A DNA stretch of 45,252 nucleotides. Source: a virus. Its lineage: Duplodnaviria > Caudoviricetes. The stretch lies in IMG/VR virus record IMGVR_UViG_3300032373_000028, positions 1 through 45,252 of that record. One strand, given 5' to 3'. Shown one piece after another: positions 24,330 to 32,990 of this stretch; the stretch's first letter is position 1, and each line of letters starts with the position of its first letter. The notes below the pieces were generated by a model. That model was not told where the DNA came from. It did not search any database and saw only the letters and a list, made by a program, of their open reading frames with translations. A program made the translations under genes and the position numbers.

Positions 24330-24706
24330 CACTTGAGCGACACACGCCGACCACCTGCAAGACCTGCGGGGCTCGCCGCGACGGCCCTCACTCAGCCTTC
24401 AGGGACTGGGAGTCCGCACGTAAGCCGCTGGAGGAAGCCCACGCCGCCGCCATCGCGGAGAAGGACGCGGAGATCGAGAGGCTGCGGAAGCACGCCAACG
24501 ATCTGGAGGATCGCTGCGCCTACCACCGACGACAGAGCGAGCAGCACCTCAAGCTCTACGACGCCTCACGAGAGAGCCGCGGGAGGGACCTCGAACGCAT
24601 CGACGCCCTCAGAAGCCACAACGCTGAGATGCAGGGCTGGATCGACGAGTGGAAGGTCGAGCAGGCTAAGTGGCGCGCCGCCCTCCAGTCCAGCGAGGGC
24701 ACCTAA
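24326..24706 (+). CDS. Accessory protein with N-terminal CxxC and coiled coil
   Basis: CKTCG followed by KDAEIERLR heptads. Confidence 0.65.
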   Translation: MTLERHTPTTCKTCGARRDGPHSAFRDWESARKPLEEAHAAAIAEKDAEIERLRKHANDLEDRCAYHRRQSEQHLKLYDASRESRGRDLERIDALRSHNAEMQGWIDEWKVEQAKWRAALQSSEGT

Positions 24707-24772
24707 TGAGATAACCAACCAAGACCAAACCCCTCACCAACCAACCCCAACCACCATCACCAAGGCAAGACA

Positions 24773-26107
24773 GTGGAACACTACCGAAACTGCACCAACT
24801 CTCCCGAACCCAACCTCCTCACCGGAAACCTCGACCAGGCCCCGGCCCCCTCAGCTCCCCCGTACATCCCCCCGGCTCCGGCCTGGGTCCCTAAGGAGCC
24901 GCTTCAGCCGGACCTTATCGTCGAGGGCCACGAGGTCATCACCTACGGAGGTCGGCGAGAGTCCGCTCCTAACCCCATCGCCGCTGCGATCAACGGGGCC
25001 TACCACGGCCTAGGCGTCAAGGACCGCCCCATCAACATCGGGATCAAGGGGAAGGCTAACGGTCATCTCCATCTGGGCACCGGGGATGACGCTACCTGGG
25101 ATAGCGCCCACCCGAAGGTTGATGACCTTCAGGTCAACATCTTTGGCTTGGATGGTGTAGCTGACATCGGCTACCTCCGCCTCGGCGACCACCTCCGCTT
25201 CGTGAAGCAGGCGTACTTCCTTGACGTCAACATCGAAGCCTACCCGAGCAACTTCGCTCTGTGGAACGAGGGTCCTGTAGGTAACCTCGGCTTCGATAAC
25301 GTCAGCATCACGCCGGCCATGCGGGACGGACAGATCCACCGTAACGAGAGCCTGGTGCATCTGGGTGAGGGCTGGCGGAACCTGTTCGTTAGGGACTTCA
25401 GGAGAGGTGAGAGGAACGGAGTCAAGATCCTCCCCCAGCAGCACGTCTTCTATCCGAAGGGTGGAGGCGATGCCTGGTTCATGGGGTGTGACTTGGGCGG
25501 AGGTAACCGCACAGGTATCAACTGGCGTCCCCATCCCCGCACCAACCGCTATGCAGCCAGCCCCCGCTTCTCAGGCACCTTGCTGATCGACGGCTGCTAT
25601 GCTGAAGGCTTCGGCTGGGACCACCCCCACGATGCCGCCCACCATGCTGGAGGCTCCATCGTCACCCTCTGGTCGACACCGGACGCCCCGGCTGTCGTGA
25701 GGGACTGCCGCTTCACTGACGCACGCTACGGCTGCTTCGCTGCTGTCGCTCAGCCTGACTCAGAGACCAACGGTAACTACAGGACGCCTTGGGGACATAC
25801 CCACCTGGACCTGCATCTCGAGCATAACTACTTCGAGAACCGCCGAGGCGACCGCTACACCGCTGAGATCAGTTGTACCAAGCGGGCCACCCTCTGGCCT
25901 GAAAACGTCTTCGAGGGACGTGGCCTGAGCTTCGGTAGCAAGGCTGTCAATGAGAAGTGGGGCAACGAGGGGAACGATGAGATCGTCTTCCCTGTGAGGG
26001 TCGAGGACGATGTGGCTGACCTCGCCGGAACCACGATCCACCAGTGGGTGGGGCCGGGTGATGTCTACGAGGACTTCGACTGGAAGGGGAGGTTGGAGCG
26101 TGTCTGA
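24773..26107 (+). CDS. Putative right-handed beta-helix (pectin-lyase-like) protein with Pro-rich N-terminus
   Basis: Recurrent strand-turn motifs (IDGCYAE, VRDCRFTD, LEHNYFEN, PENVFEG). GTG start follows AAGGCAAGAC. Confidence 0.5.
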   Translation: MEHYRNCTNSPEPNLLTGNLDQAPAPSAPPYIPPAPAWVPKEPLQPDLIVEGHEVITYGGRRESAPNPIAAAINGAYHGLGVKDRPINIGIKGKANGHLHLGTGDDATWDSAHPKVDDLQVNIFGLDGVADIGYLRLGDHLRFVKQAYFLDVNIEAYPSNFALWNEGPVGNLGFDNVSITPAMRDGQIHRNESLVHLGEGWRNLFVRDFRRGERNGVKILPQQHVFYPKGGGDAWFMGCDLGGGNRTGINWRPHPRTNRYAASPRFSGTLLIDGCYAEGFGWDHPHDAAHHAGGSIVTLWSTPDAPAVVRDCRFTDARYGCFAAVAQPDSETNGNYRTPWGHTHLDLHLEHNYFENRRGDRYTAEISCTKRATLWPENVFEGRGLSFGSKAVNEKWGNEGNDEIVFPVRVEDDVADLAGTTIHQWVGPGDVYEDFDWKGRLERV

Positions 26108-26423
26108 TAAATACACCGGGGCGCGTAGCGTCCGACACCATTACTTATGGAGGCGTGATGGCGCCTTCTGTAGCTACTGCGGGTACAGGTTCCAGTCCCA
26201 CGCAGAGACCACCATAGACCATGTCATTCCCAAGGCCCTTGGAGGGCGGCGGAATCACGAGATCAACCAAGTCTTAGCCTGTCAAGAATGTAATCAACGC
26301 AAGGGGCACCAGCTGATGAGGCCCCTTCGAGGGCCTCTAACGGACTGGTCCCCCAGCAGCGTCCATAAAGCGATGCGTTCGGGCTTCAACTCCAAATTGA
26401 TCTGGGGGCGTCTGCGTGTCTAA
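26100..26423 (+). CDS. HNH endonuclease (start revised to GTG 26100)
   Basis: CSYCG...TIDHVIPKALGG...NQVLACQECNQRKG. Confidence 0.9.
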   Translation: MSDKYTGARSVRHHYLWRRDGAFCSYCGYRFQSHAETTIDHVIPKALGGRRNHEINQVLACQECNQRKGHQLMRPLRGPLTDWSPSSVHKAMRSGFNSKLIWGRLRV

Positions 26424-28134
26424 CTACCTAGTCTTCGACATCGAGACCGATGCCCTCCTCGACTCTGTCACCACCATCGCGTGCATCTGTACGCGGGATC
26501 AGGATGGTGTTGAGATGATCTGGCATGACACCCCTACGCTACCATTCCACGGCTCCATAGCTGATGGAGTACGCTTCCTTAGGAGCGCTGAGCGTCTTGT
26601 GGCGCATAATGGTCAGGGCTTCGATATCCCAGTCATCGAGAAGCTCTGTGCTGTTATTGGAGGGGACTGGGAATGGCCTCCCCTCTACGACACAGCTATA
26701 GCCTCCCGCCTCCACTACCCTGATCTCAGGGCTGCCGACAGCCGCTCTGGGAAGGTCTCTAAGGAACTTCGAGGCTCCCACAAGCTGGCGGCCTGGGGGG
26801 AGCGCCTGGGGCTACACAAGGGCACAGAGGACGTCTCAGAGGGCGTGAAGGTCCTGACCCAGGAGATCATCGACTACTGTCTCCAGGACTGCCGGGTGAC
26901 GGACAAGCTGTACCAGAGACTGCTCCAGGACAAGTGGCCTGAGGAGAGCACGAAGCTGGAGCATGAGTTCGCTAAGTGCCTGAACGACATGCAGCAGCGA
27001 GGTGTCTGCTTCGATGAGGAGCAGGCTGACAGGCTGGTGAAGGAGCTGACTGTGAAGCGGGCCAAGCTGGATGACGTCATCGCTGATGCCTTTCCGCCTT
27101 GGGAAAAGCAGCTCAAGACGAAGGTGAAGATCATTCCCTTCAACCCCAACTCGAGGGACCACATCAGTCGGTTCTTCATCGAGAAGTACGAGTGGAAGCC
27201 GAAGCTCTACACCGACACCGGGAAGCCTCAGGTGGATGAGAAGGTGCTGGGGTCTCTGGAATACCCGGAGGCCAAGCTGCTGGCTAGGAGGTTCCTGGTG
27301 CAGAAGAGACTAGGTCAGGTAGCTGAGGGTGATAACGCTTGGCTGAACTTCGTGAAGGATGGGAGGGTGCATGGAGGCATCATCCACAACGGCGCTGTCA
27401 CCGGTAGATGTGCCCACTTCAAGCCAAACCTGAGCCAAGTACCTGCTGTGGATGCTCCCTGGGGAACGGAGTGTCGACGATGCTACACGGCCTCACCTGG
27501 CATGGTTCTGGTCGGAGGCGATGCGTCTGGCCTCGAGCTTCGGATGCTGGCCCACTACATGAACGACAAGGAGTTTACCGAGACGCTGCTCGAGGGGGAT
27601 ATCCACGCCCGTAACTGTGAAGCTCTGGGACTGCCTCCTGAGAAGAGATACCTAGCGAAGACATTCACCTACGCGTACCTCTACGGAGCGGGATTGGAGA
27701 AGCTGGCCTCAGTGCTGAAGTGTGATGTGAAGGAAGCCCGAGCCATGAAGGCTAACTTTGAGTCCAACACACCGAAGCTGAAGGCTCTGAAGGCTGCTGT
27801 CTCTCAGGCAGCTAAGCGCGGGTTCCTGATTGGCCTGGATGGGAGACGTATCCCTGTCCGGTCCCCCCACTCAGCCCTCAATACACTCCTTCAAGGAGGG
27901 GGCGCTGTAGTGATGAAGAAGGCCACGGTCCTGTGGTGTGGCTACATCAAAGGCTACGGCTGGATGGTTCTCCACAGCCACGATGAAGGTCAAGTCGAAT
28001 GCCCCTCGGAACACGCTCACCTTGTAGGCGGGAGGATCGTCCAAGGCATTCAGGAGTCAGGCATCCATTACAGCCTCAACCTACCCCTAGATGGAGAATA
28101 CAAAGTTGGAGCCGACTGGTCTGAGACGCATTGA
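26416..28134 (+). CDS. Family A DNA polymerase (T7 gp5-like)
   Basis: Exonuclease motifs FDIET, HNGQGFD and YCLQD. Polymerase motifs DASGLELR, AKTFTYAYLYGAG and HDE. Confidence 0.97.
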   Translation: MSNYLVFDIETDALLDSVTTIACICTRDQDGVEMIWHDTPTLPFHGSIADGVRFLRSAERLVAHNGQGFDIPVIEKLCAVIGGDWEWPPLYDTAIASRLHYPDLRAADSRSGKVSKELRGSHKLAAWGERLGLHKGTEDVSEGVKVLTQEIIDYCLQDCRVTDKLYQRLLQDKWPEESTKLEHEFAKCLNDMQQRGVCFDEEQADRLVKELTVKRAKLDDVIADAFPPWEKQLKTKVKIIPFNPNSRDHISRFFIEKYEWKPKLYTDTGKPQVDEKVLGSLEYPEAKLLARRFLVQKRLGQVAEGDNAWLNFVKDGRVHGGIIHNGAVTGRCAHFKPNLSQVPAVDAPWGTECRRCYTASPGMVLVGGDASGLELRMLAHYMNDKEFTETLLEGDIHARNCEALGLPPEKRYLAKTFTYAYLYGAGLEKLASVLKCDVKEARAMKANFESNTPKLKALKAAVSQAAKRGFLIGLDGRRIPVRSPHSALNTLLQGGGAVVMKKATVLWCGYIKGYGWMVLHSHDEGQVECPSEHAHLVGGRIVQGIQESGIHYSLNLPLDGEYKVGADWSETH

Positions 28135-28528
28135 CCCAATCATTCTGGCCTATGTAGCCGGCTACTTCGACGGCGAGGGGTGCGTCAGCGCCTACATCGT
28201 GAAGAAGGGGAGCCTGATCTCCTCGCTGTCTATGTCGAACTGCTACCCCGGAATCCTGAACCAGCTAAGGGGGTTCTGGGGTGGCGGTGTCTACACACCG
28301 AAGAGGCGGAAGGGATTCCGCACTGAGCATCAGTGGAGGGTGACAGGAGAGAACTCCCGGCAGATGGCTCGGGACATCCTCCCCTACCTGGTGGAGAAGA
28401 GAAGGCAAGTCCAACTCTTCCTCTACCTCTATGAAACCAAGCCCCGTTCAGCCGCCCGCCAGCTCCTGGTAGACGAGATCAAAGCCCTCAAACACATCAA
28501 CTATGACGACCTTACTCATCGACGGTGA
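28091..28528 (+). mobile_element. Free-standing single-motif LAGLIDADG homing endonuclease
   Basis: LAYVAGYFDGEGCV...ILPYLVEKRRQ. Overlaps both flanking genes. The upstream polymerase ends normally (GADWSETH). Confidence 0.85.
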
Positions 28529-29252
28529 TGTTGTCGCTTACACAGCGGCAGCCTCAGAACACACAGTCATCGACTGGGGAGACGGTGAGTCCGTCCACTC
28601 AGACCTCGAAGCCATGAAGCAGAAGGTGGACTCCGCCCTCTCGAGCTACATGAAGCAGCTGGGAGGCACCAAGATGACGGTAGCCTTCTCCCACACCGGA
28701 GACACCTTCCGCCACACCATCTGGTCGGACTACAAGGCCCACCGCAGGAACCCCAAGCCCCCGAACTACTGGGAGCTGGTGGCCTACATCGAGGACGTCT
28801 ACCGCTGTGAGCGTTGGGAGCACCTCGAGGCCGATGATGTCCTGGGCCTCCTCGCCACAGCCCCTAAGTCAGGTGACACCATCATCGTCTCTGTCGACAA
28901 GGACATGAGGACCCTGGTCGGGAAGTGGGCCAACATCAGGAAGGACTGCGAGGTCGAGGAGATCGACCAGTTCCACGCTGACTACCACTGGATGACTCAG
29001 GCCCTCACCGGGGACACAGCTGACGGCTACAAGGGCCTCCCCGGCATCGGTCCTAAGAAGGCCGAGAAGATCCTCGAGGGCTGCCGGGACGTCGATGAGA
29101 TGTGGGACGCAGTCCTGGGGGCCTTCCTCCACAAGGGACTGACCTACGACGATGCACTGACGCAGGCCCAGCTGGCCCGCATCCTCCGCCACGGGGACCT
29201 CCAGAAGGACGGTAACGTCACTCTATGGACCCCTCAACTACTCTCTAACTGA
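28503..29252 (+). CDS. 5'-3' exonuclease (T7 gp6-like)
   Basis: LLIDGD, YKAHR, LEADDVLG, DKDM and GDTADGYKGLPGIG. Confidence 0.96.
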   Translation: MTTLLIDGDVVAYTAAASEHTVIDWGDGESVHSDLEAMKQKVDSALSSYMKQLGGTKMTVAFSHTGDTFRHTIWSDYKAHRRNPKPPNYWELVAYIEDVYRCERWEHLEADDVLGLLATAPKSGDTIIVSVDKDMRTLVGKWANIRKDCEVEEIDQFHADYHWMTQALTGDTADGYKGLPGIGPKKAEKILEGCRDVDEMWDAVLGAFLHKGLTYDDALTQAQLARILRHGDLQKDGNVTLWTPQLLSN

Positions 29253-29255
29253 CCC

Positions 29256-29271
29256 ACCCCAGGTACTATAA
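29256..29271 (+). promoter_or_regulatory. Candidate phage RNAP late promoter ACCCCAGGTACTATA|A (phi6.5-like position)
   Basis: Identical 15-mer to 11204-11218. Sits at the start of the structural module. Confidence 0.7.
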
Positions 29272-29275
29272 AGAA

Positions 29276-29497
29276 ATGTCCGATCCCACAATCGAGCCCC
29301 CCACGATCTCCGAACACCTTGTCCTGTGGCTGGAATCCCGCATTCCAGTGCCCTTCGTACCCAAGCTGAGCGCGGACGAGAGGGAGCTGCAGCGGCTCTA
29401 CGGTGAGTGGGGACTGATCGCCCAGATCCGGGCACTCTACGAACACCAGCAGAACCCTCCGCAATTCGACGACGATGTGTCTGACTCAGAAGCCTGA
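29276..29497 (+). CDS. Small protein at the T7 gp6.5 position
   Basis: PTISEHLVLWLESRIP...GEWGLIAQIR pattern and synteny. Confidence 0.65.
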   Translation: MSDPTIEPPTISEHLVLWLESRIPVPFVPKLSADERELQRLYGEWGLIAQIRALYEHQQNPPQFDDDVSDSEA

Positions 29498-29654
29498 CCT
29501 CCCTAAGGCCCCGCTCCCGGCACCGCCGCCTCTGAGTGACACGGCCACGGAGATCAAGCCTTCTGGCGCATCTAAGAAGCGGAAGAAGAAAGCCGCCTCT
29601 GGGACATCCAGCCTCCGCATCCCGCTGGACAGGTCCCTGAATACACCTAGCTAA
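29475..29654 (+). CDS. 59-aa virion protein, T7 gp6.7/7.3-like (MCLTQKPDLPKAP...GTSSLRIPL)
   Basis: MC start, Pro-rich then basic, with a G.SSLRI ending. Lies directly before the portal. Missed by the ORF track. Confidence 0.75.
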   Translation: MCLTQKPDLPKAPLPAPPPLSDTATEIKPSGASKKRKKKAASGTSSLRIPLDRSLNTPS

Positions 29655-29656
29655 CA

Positions 29657-31255
29657 ATGCACGACACTGAGGGCCAGGCCCGAAGTCTCTACACCAACCT
29701 AGAGACCTTCAGGCAGCCCTACCTGGATCGTGCTTACGATGCAGCGGAGCTGACCATACCGGCCCTATTGCCTCGGCAAGGGCACACAAGCTCAACCAAG
29801 CTCCGCACCCCCTTCCAGTCGGTAGGGGCCAGGGGTGTCCGGAACATTAGCTCCCGGATGCTCCTGGCCCTGTTCCCGCCTAACGCCGGCTTCTTCAAGC
29901 TGGTCCTGGACGAGGAAGCTCAGCAGCAGGTCGACGGCTCTGACGCAGAGCAGGAGATCGAGGCTGCCCTCCTGGACCTCCAGGAAGCCCTGATGGGCGA
30001 CGTCGAGCGGTCCCACTTCCGGGTAGCAGCTGACGAAGCCATCAAGCACCTCACGGTGACGGGGAATGCCCTGATCCACTGGGAGAAGGACCAGACCCCC
30101 CGAGTCTTCCCCATCGACAGGTTCGTCGTGGAGAGGGATGGTCTGGGCAAGGTCCTCACCATCGTCACCAAGGAAGAGCTGACCCGTGAGTCGGCTCCGG
30201 ACAATGTCCGCAAGGCCCTGGCTGACTCGATGGAGACTCAGGACGGTAGTCCTGGTGAGCAGCAAGGTAAGGCTGTCGAGCTATATACACTGATCCAGTG
30301 GGATCAGATGAAGGGATACTACACCTACCACCAAGAGGTGGAGGGTGCTGTCGTCGAAGGGACCTCAGGCTCCTACTCCGCTGAGGAGATGCCCTGGCTC
30401 CCCCTCCGCTGGCACAGGATCAGTGGTGAGTCCTATGGACGAGGGATGGTCGAGGAACTCCTCGGTGACCTGAAGTCCCTTGAGGGCCTCTCCCAAGCTC
30501 TCCTGGAAGGCTCTGCGGCCTCCAGCAAGATGTTGTTCCTGGTGGACCCTAACGGCTCCACACGCATCGACACGCTGGCTAAGGCCCCCAACGGGGCCAT
30601 CCGTCCCGGTAACGCTGATGATGTCAGCACGCTCCAGGCTGAGAAGACCAGCGACTTCCGAGTCGTGCTCGAGTCTATCAGCCGCCTGGAGGAGCGTCTC
30701 GCCTTCGCCTTCCTGATGAACTCAGCCGCCCAGCGTCAAGCTGAGCGAGTCACAGCGGAGGAGATCCGCTTCATGGCTCAGGAACTGGAGCAGGCTCTCG
30801 GGGCCACCTACTCCGTCCTGGCCCTGGACTTCCAGCTCCCCGTGGTGTCGCTCCTGATGAGCCGCCTGGGTGAGGGTGAGTTCTCCCAGCTGCTCAAGTC
30901 GGACGCTGTCCGTCCCTCAATCATCACAGGTCTCGAGGCCCTAGGCCGAGGCCATGACGCCCAGCGCCTGGGGTCCTTCGTCCAGGGACTCACTCAGGCC
31001 ATCGGCCCTGAGCAGGTCGCTCGCTTCCTCAACATGCCCTCCTTCATCGTGGCCTGGGCCAACGCTAACAGCATTGATGCTGGCGAGATGGTGAAGAGTC
31101 AGGAGCAGGTCGCTCAGGAAGAACAAACAGCACAGCTGCAGGGACTGGTTCAACAGTTCGGTCCCCAGCTCCTCGATGCTGCCATCGCCCAGGTCCAAGG
31201 CCAGGGGCAGGAGCAGCCGGGCGCACAACCCACGCCCGCCCCCGCACCTCAGTAG
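29657..31255 (+). CDS. Portal (head-tail connector, T7 gp8-like)
   Basis: PFQSVGARGV, ESYGRG, ERVTAEEIR and GLEALGRG. Confidence 0.97.
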   Translation: MHDTEGQARSLYTNLETFRQPYLDRAYDAAELTIPALLPRQGHTSSTKLRTPFQSVGARGVRNISSRMLLALFPPNAGFFKLVLDEEAQQQVDGSDAEQEIEAALLDLQEALMGDVERSHFRVAADEAIKHLTVTGNALIHWEKDQTPRVFPIDRFVVERDGLGKVLTIVTKEELTRESAPDNVRKALADSMETQDGSPGEQQGKAVELYTLIQWDQMKGYYTYHQEVEGAVVEGTSGSYSAEEMPWLPLRWHRISGESYGRGMVEELLGDLKSLEGLSQALLEGSAASSKMLFLVDPNGSTRIDTLAKAPNGAIRPGNADDVSTLQAEKTSDFRVVLESISRLEERLAFAFLMNSAAQRQAERVTAEEIRFMAQELEQALGATYSVLALDFQLPVVSLLMSRLGEGEFSQLLKSDAVRPSIITGLEALGRGHDAQRLGSFVQGLTQAIGPEQVARFLNMPSFIVAWANANSIDAGEMVKSQEQVAQEEQTAQLQGLVQQFGPQLLDAAIAQVQGQGQEQPGAQPTPAPAPQ

Positions 31256-31264
31256 GCAAGACCA

Positions 31265-32026
31265 ATGGGACAGACATACAGTGAAACGGTTGACACAGGT
31301 CAACCCACCGGAGCAGACGCTCCCGAGCCGGAACAGACGAGCATCGTCCCGGAGAAGTTCCTCGACAAGGACGGTAACGTCAATGTGGAGGCTCTAGCTA
31401 AGAGCTACACCGAACTCGAGAAGGGCGCTCCTGTCCGAGGAGAGGACGGGAAGTTCACTCCTAAGGAGGAGCCTAATCCTGAGGGTGAAGGTCTCGCCAT
31501 CACGCCTCCTGAGAACCCCCAGGGTCTCTTCAGTGAGCAGGAGATGTCCGACTACATGGGACAGGTCCTTGCTGATGGTGACCTCTCTGAGGATGCCTAC
31601 AAGGCCATCGAAGCCAAGGGTCTGCCTAAGTCCCTGGTGGAGAACTACGTCCAAGGCATGAAGGCTCAACAGGCTTCAGCTCGAGATCAGGTCTACCAGC
31701 AGGTCGGCGGTGCGGAGAACTACTCCGCGATGACCGAGTGGGCTGGGAACAATCTCAGCCAGGATCAGATCGAAGCCTTCAACACGGCTATCGGTTCCGG
31801 TGACTCCGCCCAAGCTCAGCTTGCCATCAGCGGACTCCACGCTCAATACAACCAAGCCCAGGGCGGAACCCTTGTCACCGGACAGGGGGGAGCTGGAGGG
31901 AACAACATCAAGCCCTACGGCACCTCCGCTGAGATGGTGAAGGACATGAGTGATGAGCGCTACGTCAACGGTGACGCTGAGTTCCACTCCTACGTTGAAC
32001 GCCGCATCGCGGCAGGGATGAAGTAA
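31265..32026 (+). CDS. Capsid scaffolding protein (T7 gp9-like)
   Basis: PEKF...LAKSYTELEK, VGGAENYSAMTEWA and MSDERY. Confidence 0.9.
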   Translation: MGQTYSETVDTGQPTGADAPEPEQTSIVPEKFLDKDGNVNVEALAKSYTELEKGAPVRGEDGKFTPKEEPNPEGEGLAITPPENPQGLFSEQEMSDYMGQVLADGDLSEDAYKAIEAKGLPKSLVENYVQGMKAQQASARDQVYQQVGGAENYSAMTEWAGNNLSQDQIEAFNTAIGSGDSAQAQLAISGLHAQYNQAQGGTLVTGQGGAGGNNIKPYGTSAEMVKDMSDERYVNGDAEFHSYVERRIAAGMK

Positions 32027-32358
32027 TGCAGAAGTACCGCCGAGTCACTGAGCCTATCGACGTGGAGGCTGTCCTCTTCAAGGATCGAGAGCATCCCCCG
32101 GCAGGCGTCACCGTCCATCCGGTCAACCACGCCATGTACCAGTTCCAGTCCCGAGTGGGCGGTAACTGGGGATACATCAAGCCGGGTCAGTATCTGGTCC
32201 GGACTGCCACAGGAACCCTCCAAGCCTGGGACCCTCAGCCCTTCGAGCGCATGTTCCTCAACATCGACGAGGGGCCTAAGCCTGAGAAGAAGACCAAGGC
32301 TCCCCGCAAGACCACCAAAGCCAGTCGGCTAGGAGGCAACTCCAATGAGTCGGAATAA
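32026..32358 (+). CDS. Hypothetical protein resembling the KYR...EA...PG.Y.V...FE phage family
   Basis: TAATG coupling. The motif resemblance was judged by eye only. Confidence 0.55.
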   Translation: MQKYRRVTEPIDVEAVLFKDREHPPAGVTVHPVNHAMYQFQSRVGGNWGYIKPGQYLVRTATGTLQAWDPQPFERMFLNIDEGPKPEKKTKAPRKTTKASRLGGNSNESE

Positions 32359-32851
32359 CCCCATCAACAAGTTCATGCCCTTCTGGTGCATCGCTGGACT
32401 ACTGGTCCTCGCCGCCGCTGCTGGCTGTAGCTCTACCGATGCCCTCACCCCCGAGGCCAAAGAGATCCACGCCGCCCTCCTCCAGGTAGAGGACGACCCC
32501 GCTACCCCGGATGTCGATGAGAAGGCCCAGGCCCAAGCCGCAGCCGATGAGCTGGTGTCTGATGCCAACGAGACTCGCGCTAAGAGTGTGGTCGACCTGG
32601 CTACCGCCTTCATCCCCGGAGCCGCTCAGGTTGCAGGGCTGATCTACGGAGGCATGAACCTCCTGAGCCCCCGAGTTCGTCAGAACTCCATCGGCTCCCT
32701 GAAGAAAGCTAAGGACGCTCTCGCGGCCTTCAGCAAGACCAACGATAAGAAGTTCGGTGATGAAGCTGCCGTCTCTATCCAAGCGCTCCTGGCGAGCCTT
32801 GGGATGGCGCACACCCCCGACGAGCTTCGGAAAGAAGCTCCCCAAGGCTAA
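32345..32851 (+). CDS. Predicted lipoprotein
   Basis: Hydrophobic signal ending in the lipobox AAGC (WCIAGLLVLAAAAG|CSS), with further hydrophobic segments. Confidence 0.65.
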   Translation: MSRNNPINKFMPFWCIAGLLVLAAAAGCSSTDALTPEAKEIHAALLQVEDDPATPDVDEKAQAQAAADELVSDANETRAKSVVDLATAFIPGAAQVAGLIYGGMNLLSPRVRQNSIGSLKKAKDALAAFSKTNDKKFGDEAAVSIQALLASLGMAHTPDELRKEAPQG

Positions 32852-32858
32852 CGCCTCA

Positions 32859-32990
32859 GGCCGGTGAAACGCCGGCCACCGATCAACTCTGGCAAGAGCA
32901 GCAGAGGCCACCATACCCCTGCAATCCGGCTACTAAGCCGAGGCCCGCTACGGCGGACAACCTCTGAGTGAAGTGCATGGAGATCAGGCG
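32859..32990 (+). ncRNA. Structured 5' leader of the major capsid gene
   Basis: Hairpins at 32859-32877 and 32927-32940, plus GAGG-C-CCGC-TACG-GCGG-ACAA-CCTC at 32940-32964. Confidence 0.55.

Noticed and set aside
26416-28528. Intron or intein in the DNA polymerase associated with the LAGLIDADG ORF
   Set aside because: The polymerase ORF is uninterrupted with a normal C-terminus, and there is no intergenic room for a group I core.
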